Assembly: GCA_964057225.1 (NCBI GenBank)
Contig: OZ059899.1
Span: 16,368,001 to 16,432,000 of the forward strand
Source of the DNA: Auanema rhodensis
Lineage: Eukaryota; Animalia; Nematoda
Direction of reading: 5' to 3'
Length of the DNA stretch: 64,000 nucleotides
Shown: piece after piece, positions 1 through 12,100 of the stretch
Layout: each line of letters opens with the position of its first letter
Position numbering within the stretch: position 1 is the first letter of the stretch
Notes under the pieces: generated by a model
Databases searched by the model: none
Seen by the model: the letters and a program-made list of their open reading frames with translations, nothing else
What the model was told of the DNA's origin: nothing
Made by a program: the position numbers and the translations under genes

Positions 1-736
1 TCCAAGACGCCGCATGGAGAGGAGTATCCCCCATTTTATTCTGCAAATCACAATTTATATATTTGAAAGATATTGATTTTTCTCATAAACACTGCGAAGG
101 AAATATCGATTAATTATATTATGTTATTTAAAAGATATTTTGAGTTAAGTGTACAGTTACTTTCGCAGTTTCCATCACTAACTTGTGAAGATATTGAAAT
201 ATGTGAACTCTGCAACAAGAATGAGACTATGGTTTCATGTCCTCCATGACAAGCCCAATATAAAGCTGTTGAACCAGACTTGTCCAAACTGTTTACGGAG
301 ACCTTGAATTGGCTAATTGATTATTATTGCTTTTCAATTACACAACCTCATTGGCTAAACACTCTTTCAAAAATTCTAGGTTACCCCTTTTTGCCGCGTC
401 GTGTAAGGGATTAGGTAATTCTTCCACATTTTCACTTACAACTTGAATATTTCATAATTAGATTACAAATATAAAAATAAACTCTCACCATAATTTGCTG
501 GCACTAAACCTTTTTTCCCTCCACAAGATGCTGGTAACCAATCATCGTTTGGTCCTTTATCACTTACATAAAGTAGGTCTCCCTCCGAAAATGACATTTC
601 TTGGCTCTTAAATATGCTTTGGTAATTTTGCAGTTCAAAAAAATCTTACAGATCGGGCAGTATAATCATATAAAGCTCTATATACTTTAACTCTACCAGG
701 TTTGGGAGCTGGTCGGGGCGGTGCTGGTGCAGCCAT
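1..736 (-). CDS. ostf-1: Osteoclast-stimulating factor 1 homolog (Pro-rich, SH3, ankyrin repeats); 3' part runs off the window start
   Basis: Spliced translation from ATG 736: [29 protein letters not shown]|[39 protein letters not shown]|[32 protein letters not shown]|[22 protein letters not shown]...|[13 protein letters not shown], the typical OSTF1 layout. GT-AG introns. Confidence 0.93.
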
Positions 737-1046
737 TTAGCCGTTTTATCTACAAAATTCAAGCAAAAGTTTAACAATTATATTTATAATAAAAAGGCTC
801 GTGTTTATCGAGCGAGAAGAGCAGGTGTAAGATTGGATGGTGTGATGACCGTCAGAACGATCAGCGAGCGCACCTTGTTTGGCTATGACGCCGCGTGAGG
901 GTGTACATGTAACGGTCCATAAACACAGCTCAAATAATTGCAAAATGAACAAAAAAAACTTTATTCTTTTCTTCTTGTTTTTTTCGTGTTTCATGTACTT
1001 TAGAAAGTTCAACTGCTAATCATAATATTTCCAGAAAATGTAAATA
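737..1046. promoter_or_regulatory. Putative bidirectional promoter between ostf-1 and the KASH-like gene
   Basis: 310 bp between divergent ATGs, with a GC-elevated core (~800-920) flanked by T-rich, outron-like tracts on each strand. Confidence 0.5.
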
Positions 1047-1592
1047 ATGGTAATCGATGAAGTGGACGAATTTTTGGATCAATCGCTAAATATACTAGAA
1101 GAATACGAACAAGGACATGACGTAAACAATTTTTTTCATACTTACTAAATTATTCTAAAATTTAGGTTAGACAGAAAATAAAAGATTTGACCTTGCCAAC
1201 ACAATTAGACGAGGATATAATGGAAGTGTATCGGGTTGTCCAAGTATGAGTCACAAATGTTTAATTTTGTTATCAGCCTTATTACATTATAGGCTACTTG
1301 TGCTTGGCCCAGGCCGCGAGCATATAATTCTAATAATAATGCTATGGACAAGCCTAGATCTCGCTCACTACCAATAAGAATACCTCGATTAGATATGGAT
1401 AAACTTGATGATAATTATGATATGAGTATCGAGCAAAACAAGGAATGTCCCATCCATTGTTGTCATATATCAACTAAACCACAGGCATATGTTACTCCTG
1501 CTGATTTTATTTATTTATCCATTTTTATGATTTTTATCTCAGTATTATTTTTCCTTGTTTATCCACCACATCGATACTCTCAGCCATATTAG
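1047..1592 (+). CDS. ~150 aa tail-anchored membrane protein with a short KASH-like luminal tail
   Basis: Three phase-0 exons: MVIDEVDEFLDQSLNILEEYEQGHD|VRQKIKDLTLPTQLDEDIMEVYRVVQ|ATCAWPRPR...FIYLSIFMIFISVLFFLV-YPPHRYSQPY*. Acceptor tttccag at 1028-1034 upstream. Confidence 0.7.
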
Positions 1593-1825
1593 TCGACATA
1601 TAAAATATTTAAGGATACCTAGTTCATTCCAAATAAATCAACAAAAACGATTTTATACGCTTTAAAGTTTTAAGGCGAAGAAACTAGAACAGTATAAATA
1701 GTTTACCCACAAAAACATTCATTATATAATATATGAATTAAATCATCAAAACCTGACTGAGGTAAGTAGATTTAACGTGATAAAACAATATAAACAACAA
1801 ACACGTTAAGGCCTAACTTATGTCA

Positions 1826-4750
1826 TTATTCTTCATCTATTATAATCAACTCAGGCGATCCTGTATTCTAAAAGATCAATATTTTTGATAATACTACATA
1901 TTTTTTCTTATTACCTCTCTCTTTTTTTGTGAAAGGGAAGAAGACAAAACGACACCAGAGGAAGTCCTAGATCGCTTGCTTTTGTTAGGATTGTTAATCT
2001 GCAAAGTATAAATTTAACAATAGTTATATACGAAATTGGACTCACGTTGGTTGGATGGTCGTCAGGCACATGAGAAGCAGCTTTTGCTGGCACATCCTCA
2101 ACTGTACCGGTGGATTGTTCACCAATCAATTTCCGCTTGCGATCAGGTTCATACAACATTTTATAAATGTTTTGAGCAGCAGTAAGATCGCTCTTTGCTG
2201 AATAGCTAAAAAAAGAAAAAAATGAAATACTTGAATAAATTATCCTACTGTGTTAAAACAAGGGCTTGATTGACCAAATCTTGCCCACCATTGACTTTAG
2301 CTGCACGACCTCGAATATCAGTCATCAAAATTGATCTCTTGTAGTCAGCATCTCGTAAAATCTTCTTAATAAATTTTATACAAATGAAAAAGAAAACCAA
2401 TTACCTTCTTTTTGGTTTGTTGAATCGGCTTTTTCTGGTGAGTTATGGCAAAAATTTCGGCTTCCAACATATCTTCTTCCCGTTCCTTTTCTGATTGTAT
2501 ATAAGGTTCCAAGGGATCCAGAATCGCCTAAAATTTATATTGGTATTAAATTGAAGGCCATGCAATACACTAGGCAATACAGTATATTTATGCCCATGTA
2601 CACGAGTATGAATAGCGAAATTTTTGACATCTCTAGATTTAAAGCCGCACTGGCAGGTGAACACATACTGAGTTGAGATTCTATTATCGATGTAAGGCCC
2701 TAAACATAATTAAAACGGTAAAAATATAACATAAAATTTTGATTATCCAACCCGGTGCTTGATATTTAAAATGTTCAGATATACACTTAACACAGCGTGG
2801 AATATATACACGTAACTGTCGTTTGAGATCAGTCAGAATACATTTCCTACAATTCTGCCCGCTTTCTTTATATCTGATGACTTCACTTTTCAGCGATTTC
2901 TCATTATTGAGAGTATTCTGAAAAAAATCTTGTGAAGTTAAATATTATATTTTCGTGCTCATACATAACGAATAGACCATCTAATAGTAATTGGTTGATG
3001 ATCTCTAGATTCGTGTCTAGCAGCTTGGGCTGGACGATTGAACGTACATGCACATTTATCACAGCCTTTCTCAGCATCTACAAACAAAGATATAGTATAA
3101 GCCGGAAAAAAACTCTTACTGGACAAATGTGATATAAAGTGATCATAAAATTCTTTACAAGTTGCATCAGCACTTCGTTTTTTAGTTAAGGAAAGACAAA
3201 ATGTATGTGTACAGATTGGGCACATCAAATATCTGAAAATGAAATATAATGGGTGTGAGCACAAAGAACTTACGGTGTAAAACTATGAGTTGTCATAAAA
3301 TGATGTATAAGTTGTGGTCTACGAGTACTTCTATATGAACACACTTTGCATGTAAATGGAGCGTCTTGTTTCTCATGTTTTGTTTTCAAGTGACCAAGTA
3401 ATCTTACAGGATCTTTGTCGATCTAAACATTTTAGGACATAAAATAATATAATTGAAGAGCAAACCTCGACTTCGCACGTTTTACATACAGTTAAGGCTA
3501 AAACTTCGGTTGACCGCGAATGAGCATGAGAGATGTGTCTCTGAAAATATTTCTTAAAACTTTAGCGATTGCATATAGCTATACTTGAACAAGATAAGGA
3601 GTTTCAAATTTAACTAGACAATAAGGACATGTTGAGACATCAAGGGCTCCAGGCACTTCAGTATCCGCGTATCCTGAATCTATAAAACATCATATTCAGT
3701 AGAAATATAATAACAAAATTTACCCATGCAAGTTTCATTACAAATTTTGGCAGAACTCGCATAACTTGCGACATGAGCCCACACATGATTGATGAAAGCA
3801 AAATTTCCTCGGATAATTTTCCCACATTTAGGAGAATAGCACTAAATATATATAATAATTAGTAATAAAATAATATAATATAATAATAAATAATATAAAT
3901 AAAAATATGATTAAATGAACTACCCGAAAACGAGGATCAGATTCAGGAGTCTTCACTTCTTCAACGGCGGTTGAGGCCCCATCATTACTAGTACCAGGCC
4001 TCATAAAAGCCTCGAAATTATACTGCTCAATGCTATCTTTTCTTAAATCTATAGCGCGCGTTGGAGGTAATGCTCCTTCTCCCTAAAATAAAACTTTAAA
4101 TAACTGTATATTAACATCAATAAAACCTTTTTACAAGGTTGACAGGGCATGCGCTCTCGATGGTCGTAATCATATGAGCTATCAGTGGATCTAGAAAAAA
4201 CGATAAATTTCATAACTCAAATTCTTACAACTCACTGGTAAAACTTAGGGTTAACGGGAGGAATAACTCTACTAGGTAAATTACGTAATCTGGAGTCTCT
4301 AACATTTTCTTTAGGTAGAGAATTCTGTAATTAAAGTTATTGAAAAGTGCAAAGTTTGAGTACAACTTTTAAACATAGGAAAAAAATTTTGTTTAATAAA
4401 TTAGCTCCGAAAATTATCAACCATTATTGAGTATTTAGCTAAATCTTACTTGAGAATTGGTTTCCATTTCAGCACCAGGAGAATCAGCCATAATAAAAGG
4501 AGAACTAGAAGCTGATTGGTCAGTAATCTGATTTTGTTCAACAGTTCTCAAGACATTCAGAATAGCAGGTCTGAAATTTTCACGTTAATGTCGAGAAGAA
4601 TAAAGGGGCAAACCTTTTAGTTTGTGATAGGCTACTTAAGTCTAACGGTTTCGAGTTTAAGATCGAAATACTAGCTGTTGCCTGCTTGCTGAATGTTTCT
4701 ACTTCTTCTTCATCATCTGAATTTATGAGTATGATTTCCTGTGCATTCAT
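1826..4750 (-). CDS. Multi-C2H2 zinc-finger protein of the POGZ/ZNF280/Row type, no transposase domain seen
   Basis: Spliced fingers FRCYSPKCGKIIRGNFAFINHVWAH, STCPYCLVKFETPYLVQRHISHAH, TVCKTCE..HLKTKHEKQDAPFTCKVCSYRS..HHFMTTH, YLMCPIC..HFISH, GCDKCACTF..RHESRDH follow the order and spacing of the POGZ/ZNF280 finger cluster. ttacag|ATG at 4750; ends ELIIIDEE-TAA at 1826. Confidence 0.8.
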
Positions 4751-6116
4751 CTGTAACAGTGCAGGGTTATGTATAAAAAAACAAAAACAAATGATGAAAG
4801 AAAAAAACTCAAGAAGGCACGAAACATGAAAAATTATAAGAATTTCCTAGTGTTAGTGTTAGACTGGTGCATTATTGATCGCATGTCGCCGGGGAGGTTG
4901 AACGTGCGAAGGGTACACCGGGAGGACTAGTCTACGCTTGGGCGTACATACAATATTTGGAATTATTCGTGACTTTTATTTGTTAAAATAATTTTCAATG
5001 AAGCATTCAAGAAGCATGCAATCTTAAAATACTCACGACTCATATTAATGTTTCCAATATAGTCTACACTGTCCTATTACTAAGTCCCGTACCCTAAATC
5101 TATTTCACAGAAGTTCCACACCTAAAAATTTCAATATATAATGATGATCCTTTATCATAGAAAATGATTCCAATTATAAACAATTTACAATCTCCCATGC
5201 ATAAAGCATGCTAAAAGCTAATGAGCGCGCACACTTTTGGGCGGGTGAATGAAAATAAAGCATTATGAGAATCAATCGATATTTTTAATCCTAAGGACAG
5301 CCGGATGAAGGATAAGGGGCGGGAAATCAGCCAAAGGTGATTTAATGAATAGAAGTATGGTATAAAATTATATAAGTATAGCAGTTAGCTTATGTGACAC
5401 ACACATATCCATATACAGTTGTAATTTAATTTAATTTTTAGGAATTAACGCAATTTCGAAAATTAAAAACAAAAACAAAAAAGGATAATAATGGATTGTA
5501 TAATAATGTGGGACGTTACTGTAATTTTGAATGATTTAAAATAAGAATTCAAAAATTTATCAACCAATCAATACTCTTGTTTATAGCAAATAAAAAATTT
5601 GCGTGAGTTTTACGTGTAGTTTTCATTTTTTTGTATGTTGCACTAACAGAAAGGTTGTTTAAGCTGCGCTCTGGATCTAGATATTCTGAAGTTTGGTTTC
5701 GATCAAACTCTGCGTTTTGAACCAATACAGTTTATTTGTTGACATTCGTGTTATAATCAAGGAATCAACATGTTTTACAATGGAAGAAAACAACAATTTA
5801 AACCCTTTATTATAGAATTATCGATTTAAGAATATAATGCGGCAAAATACTGTAAATAACATTAGATTACAAGCATATAAATTCATGGCATAAGTGACAT
5901 AAATATTTATTAAAATGGTCCACCGGAAATGAACTAATGCGTATAAGATTTTTCATCGCATATAGTAATAGGAATTTTGTAGAAAGACCCAAGATTCATA
6001 AGAAAATTAAGAAAATATCTCCGTTAGATTGGAGATCGGAATTGTTTAAATACTATTTATCGACAGACAAAGTCTATGGAGCAAAATCATTGCCACGTTG
6101 TTCTTCCAATTTGTTA

Positions 6117-9100
6117 TTACCAAAATAGAGGGTCAGGTCGCTTTTTAAGAAGCAATTTATCTCCATGGTATTTAGACATATTCTAAAACACAATGGTTTT
6201 AATTATTCTCGAAGAATTGTGAATTACCTCAACACATAAAACTACAAGCTTTTGAGCACATGACATTGAATTGCTACTCGAGAACAGACCAGACTGCTGT
6301 CGTAGATCGCCAGCTGTGGATGTTAATGAATCTTGAATGGAAATAGAAAAGGTGGGAACTATTAGTAACATCGGATACCTTGATTCTTCCTCCAGCCATC
6401 ACAGAATTCATTTCCTCTTATACCACCAGTTGTTGATCCATGCCACACTCGCTTATCCGGCCTAAAATATGAATACAATAGTAAAAGTCAAAGCAGATAT
6501 AGGTAATTGTACCAGTTATCGTCTGTGAGTACGTTTCGGAGATTGAATGAATAAACTGGTGCGGTGCTTCGCTGGCCATCGTTTAGAAGAGCTCTCCAAG
6601 AACTGTATAACCGTTCACCTTTCATGTTAACTAATGGGGTGTCCATATCAACAGAATGAACTATTCTGAGGACATCCTATGAGAAGTAAAATGTTACTAC
6701 TAAGGATTTGGAATCCCTTACTTGAACATTGTGGGAAAGCAGGGCTCTGAAAGTTGTAGTGAAGCCAGCACGTCGAGATTCGTGGTAGCACAAGTTGTCT
6801 GCTCCACGAATGCCGTGCATATTTCCATCAAATGGCATGTTCAGAGCTACCAAATGAATCTAAAAATATTATTTGAAGATTATGTATTATTTGAAGCATT
6901 TGCCAGCTTCAGTAGATAACTGACTACAAGATCTTTGTGGTGTGGACGGAAAGATGGTCTACTATTATAAGAATGAATATGTGGTTGATGCTGAGGAATT
7001 GAACCATCTGCATGATAATATGATTGAGCCAGAGGCTGTCCGATAGTAACAGGAGGTGATTCCTAAATTTTAAACAATGTAAATCGGAAGTTTGGTTAAG
7101 ATTGAGTGTCATAACACAGCCACGAAGAAATCAAGCAAGTGGGTTGAAATCAAGAATATATGTTATAATTTAAAAGAGCAGTGCTTAATAAAGGTGGATA
7201 AAACTAAAAATGCGGTAAAACATAGAAAGCATTTTCTAGTAAACCAAGGAGAGACATAAGTGACTTCACATGTGCTGGATACTTGAACAGTGACAAAAGG
7301 AATGCCAGCTTTGGATCGTCAGTCAGAGAATTTTTTGTTGCTTTTTTTGGATGATAAGTACAAATATTCATCAATTTTGAAAAAAAAAAGACAAACGATC
7401 CATTTAGCTACTGTGTTCTATCATTTCAGGCAATTCCTTCTAAACTAAGTTTACGTAGGCTTTCAGATGGTTATACCGACCGTCGTTAATGATCTTCGAA
7501 AACATGGCTGATGTTTTGCAAGAACTTCTCGATCACGCTGATAAATCATCAAATATATTTGTAAAAGAAAGAAACTAATATGATTTGATTACATATTAAA
7601 TTCAATAGATTTATAGTAAAATAAAGTTTCCAAGACTTTGACAAAATGCAATGTCTTGTCTCAATAATAGAAACTTTTTGTATTTTTTCTCACCACCATA
7701 TGAACACAACATTTAGTTTTAAGACTAAATATACACATCATACAACATTCATTTCTTACCCAATATTCCAATTTATTTGGTTTAAAATCAGGATCAGGTT
7801 CAATAGGCTAAAGGCATGCGTTAGTTACAGAGAAAAAAACACAGAAAACAGTTAGTTAATTGAAAAAGCAAGACAGATATGAAGTGAAAGCAGCTATTGT
7901 ATATTAATTTACCTGGCTTTTCCTTTGTTCGATGATAGGATGGAAACTTCCAAGCTGAACAGAATAAATGTGAAAAAAATATGAAAAAACTTTATATACC
8001 AAGATCTCTTTCCAGCCATTGTAAACTTTAATATAGAGTTGTTGTGTGGATGTGGCAAAAGCCAATGTTCCGATGTTAGCTGATCTAGCTGATGCAAATA
8101 ACTCTACCGTCGTGGGATATACAGAAACACCTGGTCCTGTTCCGGAGAAGGAGGGTCCTGCAGGAGCCGGTAGACCAGGAGGCCCTGGAGGTCCAATTGG
8201 ACCACGTTCACCTCTTTCGCCCTTGAAATATTTTTATATAGAAGGATATTGCAATAAACCTATACCTTTTCTCCCTTAGTGGTAAACCTATGCTTATTAC
8301 TATCGTAAGGTGGCAACTCATCTAAACTATATTGATGATAGGAAGAATCGCTATTTGTTTTCTGAAAGTAATGCACAGTTAGAAACTTAAATAGCCATTT
8401 GTGCTAGAATTACTTTTAAAGATGGATGATTAACAATTCGTTCTACGTCTTCATCCGACAAGCCATCGAAATTTCTGCCATCGCGTCCTGGAAGACCAGG
8501 AAGACCTGGTAAACCAGCATCACCTCGTGGTCCTTAATGTGTATGCTTCATAACATTTTTAAACAGACCACATACCTTGAGGTCCTTGAGGGCCTTGTGG
8601 TCCTTCAGGTCCTGAAGGTCCCATTGATCCTACAACAGAAGCAACACCACCTTCATCAAAGCGACTGGATGGTCCAGGAGGGCCTGGTGGTCCTGGTGGT
8701 CCTAACGTTTCAACATAAAATTTTTAAATCTTAAAAATCTATAAATACCTTGTATTCCTGGTGGTCCCTGCAATCCATTCGATCCTGGTAATCCATCCCG
8801 ACATTGTTGAAGACACTGAAGTTACAAGAGTAATTTTTGGAGAACTCTTCGCTAACTTACAACACCAGGTGCTCCCGGCTCTCCTCGTTCACCTCGTTCA
8901 CCTCTCATACCAGTAACAGTTTGTTCTGAAATGAGTTTCGAATTAATAAACTGAGATGTTTAGTAATTTTCTAATGAAAACATAAAAAATCATCTAATAT
9001 AGCTAATTTTAAGCTGTCCCTACTTGGACGTGACATTCAGAAAAGCGTAGAACCTAAGGGAATGCACTCAGAATTTACTTGTTTATAGCTTTTCGTCAAA

Positions 9101-12100
9101 AACTTCCAAGAATTATAAAAGTCACAGCAAACAATTTAAATTTCGTGCTCAATAAGAAACCTAAAGGTGCAAATATTTCAGAAGTTTTTCGATGATAAGG
9201 TACTAGTAGACGGTCATCTTTCGATTCTGACCATAAATCTCTTGAATCTCTATCTAAAAGTTTATTAAGTGCTAAATACCATTGTAATACGTTCTGCTCG
9301 CCATGTTTGAGTTTTTTTGTTCACAAATGAATAATCAGTTATACTTACCGTTAGGTGGCTGTCTCTCGGTCATTTGGAAAACGGGAGGTGCAGGAGGAGG
9401 AGGAGGGATTGCAGTACTATACACCGAGGATTGGCCATCACTTCCTGTAAGAAAAACATTGTCGAGTTGTAAAGTATTTGTAATTACGTTGCTGGTCTTT
9501 ATTCTGTTCAGCATTGCCGGATCCTTCTTCGCCCTAAAATGCAAATATTTCATAAAAAAAAATAGAAAATTCCCCAAAGCAGCCCTAATGCCTATACCAA
9601 AGCCAGCAGCGCGGATAAAATCACGAAACAAGATAGCCATATATACACGTATAATAGGGTAAAGAATAGCACTACACTCTAACAATTTACGAAGACTTTT
9701 CTAATTCTTTTTTTTTTCATTTTCTTAGCAAAATAAATAGAATTACGGTATGCATATTGATATATTATATTTAATAATTAGCCACCAATTTAGACATACC
9801 TGTATCTTTGCTTTTGCTTTCAGCGTTTTACGACGCCGCCACTGTATAGATAACAAAATTATATTTTCTTTTCAAAAATCGCATAATTTGAAGTAATATA
9901 AGAAAAGTAATGCGCTAGTAATTGCAAAAATAGCGAGCATTTGTACTTTCAGCAATTTTCCATTGAATTCTCATTTTTTGAACAACTAAGCCTACCCAAA
10001 GTTCGTCACATTGTTTTGCTGCTTCTGATGCATCATCAATAATTTTTAATTCTTGTATAGCTCCCTATAAAATACATTGAAAATGAACAAACCTCAATAG
10101 GTATATTATCAAAGTTTTCGTATTCGTCATCAACAACTTCAATTGGCTCAAAGAATGAAGCAGATCCAAATTCAACGTCTTCTTCCCGAGATGATCGAGG
10201 TGAACGGAAGATTTCCTTAACCGGTACGGCTACTTGAACGAAATGGCCTTCGAGATCTTCGTACATGTCTTGTTCAAGCATTTCTATGCTTCTTTTAAAA
10301 CGCTTGGAGAAGAGCAAATTCTCGGCCGTTTTTGGTGATTTGATGACGTTTGCCTTTATAGCTTTAGCCTTCACATTCACAGCTTTTTCTTTTTTGCCAA
10401 ACGAGCGTGCTTTTGGCATGACAGTAGTAGATTCATGAATAGCTTTGGTAGTGATAACTTGTCGAGAAGGCTCTTGTGAAGTTAGATAATCGTCTTCAGG
10501 AACATCAAACGCTTTGTTAGCTTGAACAGCTTGTCGTACAAGACCTTCTTCCCACAATACAGTATCTATTTTGGGATCACATACAATAAGAGATATGTGA
10601 AAGAAAAAGCTGATTAGCAGCGTAGTCCAAAATCCGACAGAATATGTCGGAAGGGCCATTGGATGGTGCTGTAAGTAATGAAACTTTTCAATATTTGCTA
10701 CTGCGAGGAAGAATAAATGAATGAAAATACAGAAATGTTGAAAGAAAACGAAAATTTACAGAATTTGAATGAATATGTGACAAGCTGAAGATGATGAAAT
10801 CCTATGTAATGGTTTTATCCAGGCATGTAGGCGTCATAGATTGCAGGGTCAGATCATACCCGTTGCTTCTCATCGATGGACATCCGTTCACAAAGTTATT
10901 CTTTCCCAATATTTATTTTCAATTTTTTGTTCGAACATTAAACATATATTTGCAATATTTGGAGGATAATTGAACCAAAAATTGAGAAGAATAGTTTAGA
11001 TACGGCATACATAAAATCGGAAGCAAGGGTGTAGCTTCTTTTAGAGCTTGGTAAATTAGATTATTTACCAATGAAAGCATCGCTTTTAGAACTAAGTTTG
11101 AAGCATAATGGCAATAATTTCAAAATTTATGTGTAAGGCAAAGAATTCTTATCAGTTGATGTTTTAGCTTTTTCAATTGGTTCAGTGAAATTTTCAATGT
11201 AACATAACGACTGAAACAATATGGCTGCAAGAAGCAAAACAAAACAAAAAAAAATAGAAGCATAAGGAAGAATCCAGATAGTATTGAAATCAGATGTAGT
11301 ACGATTTGTATAAATGAGAAAAAAAAATGTCGTATGACTGCTAAAGGTATATGAGAAATGTCAAAATTTAGAACGGAAATGCCTGAGTCAAATAGAAACG
11401 AACTTAAAGAATCAGACAAAATCTCTTAGCTCACCTTAAGACTGTAAGACATTTCATTTGACATTTCGCTTATTTAACTATAATTCAACAAAGATTGGAG
11501 AGATAAACTATACGAAAATTATTTTTTCTATTTACAATTTTCGTTATTTCCATGACTAGGTAACAAGGAAAAGAAGACGTAGAAGAGCTTATTCATATGG
11601 TAATGCGTAAATTTTTTTTTTTTGAAAGAAGAAGAAGAAAAAAAATGAAAAGATAGGATAATGATTCTACGATATGTGGCTTACATATGTATGTAATAAT
11701 AGATTATATAATATGAAGCTGAAAGAGATGAAAACTAAGAGCGTAAGAAACTTTATGATTAAATTTAAATAAACAAAAGAAATGTTTGAACTTAAATGTT
11801 CAGCATGTGAAGAGAAAACAGATGTCTAAACGTATGAATATTGAAGTTTATAATTCAAAACATTTTTAATCTTAATTCTGTTTGAGGAAAATATAAGAAA
11901 GGTTGAAGAAGGACAAAAGAAGCAAAATGAAAAAAATAGCAAGGTAAAGCTTATTCAATCAGCTTCATTCCCAAGCTTGAACAAGGCTCAATGAAAAGAC
12001 TGTTGTGCTGATAGTAGAGAGAGATAAGGTTTCCCCCCATCACTTTGAAGCTACTTCGCTTTTCTTCTCTTTCGTTCAATGCAGTGCGAATTGCAACTTA

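Noticed and set aside
4888-4930. Resemblance to the SRP/7SL Alu 5' end (GCCGGG..CGTGC..CGGGAGG)
   Set aside because: It lacks the UGU U-turn and the S domain, and the downstream sequence is AT-rich.
8046-8734. Plus-strand Gly/Pro-rich ORFs
   Set aside because: Antisense shadows of the cle-1 Gly-X-Y exons.
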